A stretch of DNA of 16,083 bases from Candidatus Thorarchaeota archaeon. Lineage in GTDB: Archaea > Asgardarchaeota > Thorarchaeia > Thorarchaeales > Thorarchaeaceae. A program made the position numbers and the translations under genes. The stretch spans positions 1 to 16,083 of the forward strand of contig JBHLRZ010000052.1 of assembly GCA_048882045.1 (NCBI GenBank). The letters are read 5' to 3'. The notes beneath the pieces are model-generated. The model had not been told where the DNA came from. It did no database searches and saw only the letters and a list, made by a program, of their open reading frames with translations. Below are positions 1 to 6,614 of this stretch, piece after piece (position 1 is the stretch's first letter; each line of letters opens with the position of its first letter).

Positions 1-86
1 GCATCGTTTCTTTTCTTAAGAAACTGTTATCACAATCTATAACTTTCGAAGAACATAAATCCTTCTGAAGAACTGAACAAAGGTTA

Positions 87-812
87 ATGAACGCGAAAAA
101 CTTGTTCGTTGTGGGATGGGTAGTCACAGCCATAGCTGCGGCATTTCTGATTTATGAGTACTATACACTGATGCCGTACTTCTTCATAGTTGGACTTGCT
201 GGGGCGGCCTTCGTAGGACTATGGCGGGCTAATCGAATGAAGACTCGCGACTTAGTCGTTTTGGTCTTGGTGTCAATATTTGTTGCATTCATTGATGAGT
301 ATGCGCACACATCAAGTGGAGTCCTGGTGTACTTCGATCTCAATACTCCATCGCTTCTGACAGTTATGGGATGGAGCCTCTTCTTACTGGTCATACTTTC
401 TGTCACGGAGTATCTGAGTAGAACGCCTGTGATGAAGCAACTAGCCAGATTCGATCAACCTGTAGTCAAAACCCTACCAGCATTGATTGCCATATTTGCC
501 ACCGTCGTTCTTGTCTGGGCACAGGGATATTTGGGAGTCTTTGATGCCTTACTCACAGGAGTATATGTCTCTCTGGGACTGGTCAGTCTCTACTACTCGC
601 AGCTGCGAACTCTTGGTTGGAACCTCTCGATTCTGATCAGCAGTGTAGCGATTGGAGGAGCGATGGAGTTCCTGGGAGGACTGGATGGGATGTGGTGGTA
701 CTTCTATCTCGAACCAATGGCCTGGTTCATGGTGTTCACTTGGGCACTTAGAACATGGACAATATTCACCCTATGTTCATTCGTAGGTGTGAAGTTCAAG
801 GAGGTCCTATAG
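87..812 (+). CDS. Multi-pass integral membrane protein with a two-fold internal repeat (DUF2878/CruF/lycopene-cyclase-like E..G..G.W.Y motif)
   Basis: 241 aa and hydrophobic throughout (roughly 8-9 TM segments). A motif occurs twice, 'DEYAHTSSGVLVYF...P...MGWSLF' and 'MEFLGGLDGMWWYF...P...FTWAL'. The family call is a loose resemblance only. Confidence 0.7.
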   Translation: MNAKNLFVVGWVVTAIAAAFLIYEYYTLMPYFFIVGLAGAAFVGLWRANRMKTRDLVVLVLVSIFVAFIDEYAHTSSGVLVYFDLNTPSLLTVMGWSLFLLVILSVTEYLSRTPVMKQLARFDQPVVKTLPALIAIFATVVLVWAQGYLGVFDALLTGVYVSLGLVSLYYSQLRTLGWNLSILISSVAIGGAMEFLGGLDGMWWYFYLEPMAWFMVFTWALRTWTIFTLCSFVGVKFKEVL

Positions 813-884
813 CTAGCTATCCAGATCAACGAACGATTTAATACAAACCTCATAACATCATTAGAATAAATCGGGGGAATTTCA

Positions 885-2117
885 GTGGACCGAAATTCGA
901 CAAAACAAATGGAGTTAGGTCTAGAGAATGGACCGTACTATGCTATTGCTGTGTCCGATTTACACCTTGGATATGACAAGGCGGACAAAGAAGCATTCAG
1001 AGTTTTTCTCCGCAACATGAAAGACATTCGAGTGGATCATCTACTCCTCGTTGGGGACGTTTTGGACATGTGGAGGAGAGACAACAAGGGTCTGATTGAG
1101 GACAACATGGACATTCTAGTGATGCTTCGCGACCTCAAGAAGAATGAGCAAGTTGGTACAATTCACTATGTGATTGGAAATCATGATTTCAGTATTGAAC
1201 TTATGACAGATGAGTTTGGTATTCTTTCAGATCTATTTACCTTTTACCCAGGAACCTCAAGCAATCGAGTGTGGGTGGAATTACCATTACCTGAGGAGGG
1301 AAATAAGCTGGCAGATAAGAGTTTCAAATTCATGCATGGTCATCAGCTGAGTGCAGGTTTGGCCGATCCGATAATTCCAATGTATGATGGAATCTGTACT
1401 GCATTATGCAGACAGGGTGATTTAGGAGGGAGGATTACTAGTTTCCTCTGGGATTTGAGATATTCACTTCCATTAATTTTCCTGATCATGGCTGTTGTGG
1501 CATATCTGTATCTGGAGCTTATCTGGCCCATCTTGCTTGGTCTTCTGGCAATAGGTTCCTTTGTAGCAATCTATGGGATTGGAAAGAGACGCAAAGGAAG
1601 AGAGGATTTGAGTTTCAATGAACAAGTCTACGAACTCCTTGAAGCCTTGCCTTTGAGGACGAGAAAAAGAACAATGGACTACCTGAAAGCACCACCACAC
1701 AAGAGAGGCGAATTCAAGGAAATAAGCGCCCGCGACATAGACAAGGCATACAAAGCTGTCAAACATAAAATCGACAAAATTGAACGAGAGTCAGCTCATG
1801 AGGTCATAAATGAAGTTTTGAAAACACTCCCAAGTGATGGAGAGTTTGAGAAGGTTCTTACTATTCTCGGTCCAAATGATCAACGTGTCATAGGACATAC
1901 TCATGAAGCAGACCCCGTTGAAAATCCAACTAATCTCGGATGCTGGGTGAAAGGCCATCCATACCACTATCTCGTCATCAACTACGGAGGACATCATGAT
2001 CTGATGGTCTGGCGTTGGAAAGAAATTTCTCGTTGGCGACGGGTTGTGCGAAGACTACGAAGACAGAAAGTCCGGGAAGGATATTCTCGAGTGATACAGA
2101 TTGTTCAAACTAAGTAG
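885..2117 (+). CDS. Calcineurin-like metallophosphoesterase (LpxH-like) with an inserted transmembrane hairpin
   Basis: All five metal-binding motifs are present: SDLHLG, GDVLD, GNHD, HGH and GHTH, plus NLGCW. Two hydrophobic helices (SLPLIFLIMAVVAYLYL; LIWPILLGLLAIGSFVAIYGI) lie between HGH and GHTH. Start is GTG at 885, with an alternative ATG at 909. Confidence 0.88.
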   Translation: MDRNSTKQMELGLENGPYYAIAVSDLHLGYDKADKEAFRVFLRNMKDIRVDHLLLVGDVLDMWRRDNKGLIEDNMDILVMLRDLKKNEQVGTIHYVIGNHDFSIELMTDEFGILSDLFTFYPGTSSNRVWVELPLPEEGNKLADKSFKFMHGHQLSAGLADPIIPMYDGICTALCRQGDLGGRITSFLWDLRYSLPLIFLIMAVVAYLYLELIWPILLGLLAIGSFVAIYGIGKRRKGREDLSFNEQVYELLEALPLRTRKRTMDYLKAPPHKRGEFKEISARDIDKAYKAVKHKIDKIERESAHEVINEVLKTLPSDGEFEKVLTILGPNDQRVIGHTHEADPVENPTNLGCWVKGHPYHYLVINYGGHHDLMVWRWKEISRWRRVVRRLRRQKVREGYSRVIQIVQTK

Positions 2118-2147
2118 AATAGAGAAAAATGCCGTTTGTGAATTGGG

Positions 2148-3542
2148 ATGGTGAGTAATGTGGGAACTAAAACTATAGAGAAGAAGAGATCAGAAGAAAT
2201 TGGAAAGAACAAAGATAGGATTCAGACAGAATTTCTCCTTCGAGAACATGAGTATTTTGCAGAGTCCTTTGTCAATAATGAGGAAGTTGGGGAGAAGCGG
2301 GTCAATTTTCTAATTACTATTGTACTAGCTATCTTGGCTGCTTTAGTGGGTCTAGTTAGTGTTGAGAGTACGATCATAGACCTTAGCATTGTTCTTATGG
2401 TGGGCATCTTCGTCTTGTTTGGACTGTTGTTGTTGAGTTATGTGACACTACTACGAATTATCTACAGGAACAAGCGTACCGACGACTGGAAATATAGACT
2501 TGATACGGTGCGAGAGCAGTTCAGAACCCTAGACAAACGCTTGGAAGACTATTATCCATTTGGTCGTAAGATTCAGCGGCGAACTGGTTTCAGAGAATTT
2601 GGCACGGGAGGATTAGTAGAGTTCACTATGACCATCATCACTATCCTCTTCATTGCTTTAGTGGAATTCATCTTAGCGAACATATTCCTTATGCTCGACA
2701 TGTTTCTGTCAATACAAATGACTGGAGCATTGATAATTGGTTTTCTTGGATCTTTTTCGGCGTCATGGTATGGTTTACGACGCTATGTTAGTAGCAAGTA
2801 TGAAGAAAGAAAGGAACAGATGTTTGAATGGAGAATATTCTGGTCAGATGATGAAGAAAGACCATGGAAAGAGGATTGCTCTCAATATATAGATAACATC
2901 TTGTCACAGGCTGAGGTGGAAAAACGAACTGATTACTATATCAACTTAGGAAAACAGGATATAGGATTGAAAATAACCTGTCAGATAAAGAAGGAACAGC
3001 TTCTATGTATGCTTGAATTGAAGCAGTGTCTTGGAAAGAAACAGGAGTACGAAGAGTGGTTGAAACCTGTGTCCCTGAATCTTAAAACTAATATAGAAGA
3101 TGGGGAAAAGAATGTCAGTAGTGAAGTAATAAAGGGTTTAGAGGAAATTCTGAATTCGTTGGATTCAAAGAATCCTAAGGAGAAGCCTTTGTTTAAACTA
3201 ATTAGAGAGTGTATTCACCAAATTCTAATTGGAAAATTCCAGATAGTTACGATAACCAAGGAACGCAAAAGAGTACGCGCTTATCTCGACCAAGAATTGA
3301 GATCATGGCAATTTCAATTGAGTTATTCCAAACAACCTGAAACAGTAATACTTGAATCGACAGCTGGAACTCTCTTCGACTCTTCAAAAGAACCCAAAAG
3401 ATTCAGAACAGTATGCGTAGAGAGTGAAAATGTTGAAGAGGTCAGAGAGTTTAGAAACTCTCACATGAATGATGAATTTAAGAGTAATGTCAGCTATCCG
3501 AGGTATTTACATCAACTATGGGAAGACATACAACTTAAGTAA
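2148..3542 (+). CDS. N-terminal 4-TM membrane domain fused to a C-terminal CYTH-like (triphosphate tunnel) domain
   Basis: Four hydrophobic segments lie in the first ~210 aa. The C-terminal half has ordered motifs EWRIF, RTDYY, IGLK, LELK, EEWLK, TKERKR, TVCVES and SYPRYL, matching the CYTH-superfamily pattern with a divergent ExExK. Confidence 0.65.
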   Translation: MVSNVGTKTIEKKRSEEIGKNKDRIQTEFLLREHEYFAESFVNNEEVGEKRVNFLITIVLAILAALVGLVSVESTIIDLSIVLMVGIFVLFGLLLLSYVTLLRIIYRNKRTDDWKYRLDTVREQFRTLDKRLEDYYPFGRKIQRRTGFREFGTGGLVEFTMTIITILFIALVEFILANIFLMLDMFLSIQMTGALIIGFLGSFSASWYGLRRYVSSKYEERKEQMFEWRIFWSDDEERPWKEDCSQYIDNILSQAEVEKRTDYYINLGKQDIGLKITCQIKKEQLLCMLELKQCLGKKQEYEEWLKPVSLNLKTNIEDGEKNVSSEVIKGLEEILNSLDSKNPKEKPLFKLIRECIHQILIGKFQIVTITKERKRVRAYLDQELRSWQFQLSYSKQPETVILESTAGTLFDSSKEPKRFRTVCVESENVEEVREFRNSHMNDEFKSNVSYPRYLHQLWEDIQLK

Positions 3543-3563
3543 CTCATCAGATCTTGGTCATGC

Positions 3564-4334
3564 ATGGCACATCCAGGAGTCATGAGAGGAAAGGATGGAA
3601 GGGCACCCCACATCCATCTGAAGGAAGACGAGGTTGCGAGATACGTTCTTCTTCCAGGATCACCTGAACGCGCAAGACTCACTGCATCCATGTTCGATGA
3701 GTCTGAGGAGAAGGCGTTTCACAGGGAGTTCCTCTCATTCACGGGTAAGTATCAGGGAGTTGACGTAACAGTGATGTCCACTGGCATGGGTGTATTTTCA
3801 GCAGTGACAGCTGTAGAAGAACTTGCGGACATCGGTGCTGACACATTCATTCGGATTGGTTCTTGTGCAACATATCAGAAGGAAATCAACCTCGGTGACA
3901 ACATCATTGCAACTGGTTGTATTCGCGATGAGGGGTGCACTCTGGAGTTTGCACCTCTGGCTTTTCCTGCTGTACCCAATCTGGACGTAATGATGACCCT
4001 CATCGAGTCAGCCAAGAGGATAGGAGCGACATATCACACAGGAATTGTGAGGACATGCGAGAACTTCTATACCAGAGACCGTTCCCTCCCACTCAACGAA
4101 CAATATGCTAGACTCGGTGCAGTCGCACTTGAGATGGAGTTGTCTGCAATCCTTATGGCTTCCATAGACCTTGGCAAGAGAGCAGGAGGGATTCTCACGG
4201 TTGGCTCGAACCTCGTCACAACTGAGAACCGATACAAGGGACAACGAGTCGAAGAATTCGATAGGGGAGAGATGAACATGATCAAGATTGCACTCGAAAG
4301 TATCAAGGCGCTTCATTCCAGGGACAACAAATAA
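3564..4334 (+). CDS. udp: Nucleoside phosphorylase (PNP_UDP_1 family, uridine phosphorylase-like)
   Basis: Motifs HIHL, VLLPGSPERA, HREF, STGMG, FIRIGSC, IRDEG, FPAVP and ALEMELSA. Substrate (uridine vs purine) cannot be settled by eye. Confidence 0.9.
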   Translation: MAHPGVMRGKDGRAPHIHLKEDEVARYVLLPGSPERARLTASMFDESEEKAFHREFLSFTGKYQGVDVTVMSTGMGVFSAVTAVEELADIGADTFIRIGSCATYQKEINLGDNIIATGCIRDEGCTLEFAPLAFPAVPNLDVMMTLIESAKRIGATYHTGIVRTCENFYTRDRSLPLNEQYARLGAVALEMELSAILMASIDLGKRAGGILTVGSNLVTTENRYKGQRVEEFDRGEMNMIKIALESIKALHSRDNK

Positions 4335-4336
4335 GC

Positions 4337-4702
4337 TCAGAGGTCTTTCAGTAGACCATCCGGATCATCGAAAGCACCCATTCTTAAAGGAGCATCACCA
4401 TGAAGACAGTAGTGAGTATGTGTTATGAACATCTCACGTGCTACTGAGCATTTCTTGCAGAGACAATCTCGTTCCTCAGAGATTCGTGAACTCTGACCGC
4501 TATGGCAGAATTGAAGTCCCAGATTTTCTAAAGAGGACTCTTTTGACACATCCCATCCAAGACTTCTGTAGTGTGCTTGAGATTCCTCGATTGCACGAAT
4601 GAACGTTGAACATTCATGACATTGACACATGGCTGATCTCTGACGCATAGCAGCATTCCATTCTGCAGGTTTCATTCCCATAGCCCGCTCAAACCGTTCC
4701 AT
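4337..4702 (-). CDS. DUF2769-like Cys-rich metal-binding protein
   Basis: The Cys pattern CQCHEC ... FCHSGQS ... CLCKKC.V ... HYC..G matches the archaeal DUF2769 layout. It converges on the phosphorylase stop with a 2-nt gap. Confidence 0.75.
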   Translation of the reverse strand: MERFERAMGMKPAEWNAAMRQRSAMCQCHECSTFIRAIEESQAHYRSLGWDVSKESSLENLGLQFCHSGQSSRISEERDCLCKKCSVAREMFITHTHYCLHGDAPLRMGAFDDPDGLLKDL

Positions 4703-4770
4703 CCTGTGACCTCGATGATATGTGTTCTAATTCAGAGTTTATGTCTTGCGTCACGGTTCCTGAGTATGTA

Positions 4771-4810
4771 TTTATATATCATGGAACAAGTAACCTAAAT
4801 ACTTATATAT
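4771..4810. promoter_or_regulatory. Candidate divergent archaeal TATA boxes
   Basis: TTTATATA (4771-4778) and TTATATAT (4803-4810) sit in an AT-rich stretch between the DUF2769-like gene (-) and the micro-ORF region (+). Confidence 0.5.
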
Positions 4811-4886
4811 TGTAATACGTAACACAAATACAAGCAAGCCGAAAGCGTTGGAGAACAATGCTGGGGTTTGGAGGATGTGAAACACA

Positions 4887-4994
4887 ATGGCTGAACATCA
4901 TAAGAAACACAGGCTTTCCGAAAGGAGAGGTAGCGGGCTCAGAACTCTGAAGTCCCTTTACCTGGAACACACAACGGGAAGTGAGTTGCAATAA
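4887..4994 (+). CDS. Putative 35-aa basic micro-protein (MAEHHKKHRLSERRGSGLRTLKSLYLEHTTGSELQ); may instead be a leader peptide or non-coding structured leader
   Basis: Hand-translated. ATG at 4887 is preceded by SD-like GGAGGATGTGA (4870-4880), and TAA at 4992-4994 abuts the SD of the next ORF. It overlaps a predicted RNA structure. Confidence 0.4.
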   Translation: MAEHHKKHRLSERRGSGLRTLKSLYLEHTTGSELQ

Positions 4995-5008
4995 AGGAGG
5001 AAAAGTAA

Positions 5009-5104
5009 ATGGCACTAGCAAAAAGCAAGCAGGCAAAGAGAATCAAGACCAAGAGGATTCAGTCAACTGAAGCCTTGGCCTATGCATATCTCTACAGACG
5101 TTGA
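5009..5104 (+). CDS. Putative 31-aa basic micro-protein with Tyr-rich C-terminus (MALAKSKQAKRIKTKRIQSTEALAYAYLYRR)
   Basis: Hand-translated. A strong SD (AGGAGG, 4995-5000) lies 8 nt before ATG 5009, the stop is TGA 5102-5104, and a strong hairpin follows. Confidence 0.6.
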   Translation: MALAKSKQAKRIKTKRIQSTEALAYAYLYRR

Positions 5105-5141
5105 TCATTATAACTCACAGCCATTGTGTGCTCTTGGATCA

Positions 5142-5179
5142 TGAGGATGTGACCGCGTACGGCTCCGCGGTCACCCTCA
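5142..5179. terminator. Strong hairpin between convergent micro-ORFs (3' stabiliser or terminator-like)
   Basis: TGAGG-(AT bulge)-GTGACCGCG / CGCGGTCAC-CCTCA, 14 bp with an 8-nt loop, followed by T-rich CTTGTTTTGGAATTTT on +. Confidence 0.55.
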
Positions 5180-5270
5180 AACTTGTTTTGGAATTTTAAT
5201 ACAATAGAGTTTGAGAGAATAGAGTGGAGGAGCATGTCCACCACCCTATCCGAATTCGACCAGAGGATAG

Positions 5271-5372
5271 TTACCTATCATATCGCGTATGATAGGCTGC
5301 AGACATGCCTGTACGGTTCTTCTGAGTTGGGAGTCTTCTCCATTTTTTGATGGATCCTTTCTCACTTGCCAT
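5271..5372 (-). CDS. Putative 33-aa basic micro-protein (MASEKGSIKKWRRLPTQKNRTGMSAAYHTRYDR)
   Basis: Hand-translated on the - strand. SD-like AAAGGTG(TG) lies shortly upstream of ATG 5372 and TAA ends at 5271. It is co-oriented with, and 128 nt downstream of, the radical SAM gene. Confidence 0.5.
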   Translation of the reverse strand: MASEKGSIKKWRRLPTQKNRTGMSAAYHTRYDR

Positions 5373-5431
5373 TTCAGCACACCTTTACGTAAGTACTCTT
5401 GTTGAAAGAATATTATTTCACAGGCTATGGC

Positions 5432-5482
5432 GACTTCGGAAAAGAGGCCGATTGATGAAAGCAGAGTCCGATTTCCGAAGTC
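5432..5482. repeat. Perfect 11-bp inverted repeat with 29-nt spacer
   Basis: GACTTCGGAAA (5432-5442) / TTTCCGAAGTC (5472-5482), immediately 3' of the radical SAM stop codon. Confidence 0.8.
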
Positions 5483-5500
5483 ATGATTTAGGAAAACGGA

Positions 5501-6598
5501 TTACATGAATCTCCGCATCATCTGTTCAATCAGATTGTCGATGTTTTCCAAGTTCACATTGTTCTCAGCCATGATATGACTGATACGGGTTCTTCGAGAG
5601 ATATCATCCAGGTCATCCAAGCTTGTTAGCGCACCGAGTCGCCTACCAAACCTGTACAACATCTGTTCTTCCTCCTCCAAATCAAGGAACCTCTGCAGAA
5701 TTGATATCATCTTCCCCTTGTCATCCGGTAGCTGCCCCTTCAAGTCTGCGAAGAGGTTCAAGATGTGATCGCTGACGAGATAGCTCGAAACATCTTCCAG
5801 ATGCTCAATGAAAGTCAAAAGTTCCTTGACAATCTCAATGTCATTGCAACGGTCGAATTCTCCAGAGATCATTAGTTCGTACAGTGGTGCTCTGACTGGG
5901 AATGCTAGGGGACGAAGACGGATGAAGTCAGGATCAATCTGATTCAAAGCATCTGCAGATTCGATGGCATGTTCTTGTGACAGACTCATTCCACCGAGTC
6001 CGGGCATGAAGTATTCGGATACTTCCATTCCAGCCTTCTTCACTTTCAGACCAGCCAGAACATGAATCTTTTTTGATGCGCCTTTCCTAACCATCTTCAA
6101 AACATTATCTGAACCAGACTCCAATCCAACATGGATTCTTGATAGTCCAGATTCAGAGAACGAGGTCAAGTCGTCCACGCTCATTTTGTTGATAGTGGAA
6201 GACCGCGAGTAAGAGGTGATACGCTCAATATTCGGAAACTTTTCTCCAAGATGATTGAGTATCTGAATCAAGTCTTTTGGTCCAATCACCAAAGCATCAG
6301 AGTCCTGAAGAAAAACAGACTTCATTCCAAGACTGGTCCAGCGCATTGCAGAGTCATATGCTAGAGGTTCTTCGATGACAAAATCATTCTGAGGAGACTC
6401 AAGAAAAGCAACATATTCGGCAATGTAGTCAATGTCTCGAAGTACATGTTCCAGAGGACGAACTGAAAACTCGGCATCCTTGTATACTGGACAGAAAAGG
6501 CAGCGATTCCATTCACAGTTTCGCGTCACGCGAACCAAGAGACTTGAAGCTTCACTTGGTGGTCTTATCGGACCCATTTCATAGCGATATTCGAACAA
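5501..6598 (-). CDS. Radical SAM protein (IRPPSEA / CX4CX2C family, function unknown)
   Basis: Motifs GPIRPPSEASSLLVRVTRNCEWNRCLFC, VFLQDSD, RIHVGLESG, YFMPGLGG and SDHILNL. The ORF track starts at GTG 6631. A GGAGGT SD just after the upstream stop favours TTG at 6598 (365 aa). Confidence 0.9.
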   Translation of the reverse strand: MFEYRYEMGPIRPPSEASSLLVRVTRNCEWNRCLFCPVYKDAEFSVRPLEHVLRDIDYIAEYVAFLESPQNDFVIEEPLAYDSAMRWTSLGMKSVFLQDSDALVIGPKDLIQILNHLGEKFPNIERITSYSRSSTINKMSVDDLTSFSESGLSRIHVGLESGSDNVLKMVRKGASKKIHVLAGLKVKKAGMEVSEYFMPGLGGMSLSQEHAIESADALNQIDPDFIRLRPLAFPVRAPLYELMISGEFDRCNDIEIVKELLTFIEHLEDVSSYLVSDHILNLFADLKGQLPDDKGKMISILQRFLDLEEEEQMLYRFGRRLGALTSLDDLDDISRRTRISHIMAENNVNLENIDNLIEQMMRRFM

Positions 6599-6614
6599 AC
6601 GACATGACCTCCAG

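Noticed and set aside
4908-4940. Resemblance to the c-di-GMP-I riboswitch (GAAA tetraloop, GGTAGCGGG)
   Set aside because: The GGCAAA/GACGCAAA core and the tetraloop-receptor arm are absent, and the element order is wrong. Kept only as an unclassified structure.
4995-5010. GGAGGAAAAGT resembling the RNase P RNA GAGGAAAGU motif
   Set aside because: The other conserved RNase P regions are missing, and it is better explained as the SD of the 31-aa ORF.
4803-5036. 77-aa minus-strand ORF from the track
   Set aside because: It has a non-ATG start, no SD and an implausible composition, and it is antisense to SD-supported + micro-ORFs and runs into the TATA region.
5232-5275. Twister-ribozyme-like look on the - strand (TAA...CTGGTC...CGGATAG..GGTGG)
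   Set aside because: I could not build both required pseudoknots or the conserved core. The similarity is superficial.
5151-5325. Group II intron domain V-like words (GAGCCGTACGCGG on - at 5153-5165; GTACGGTTC on + at 5311-5319)
   Set aside because: The two halves are on opposite strands ~150 nt apart and cannot form the ~34-nt DV hairpin. There is no RT/maturase.
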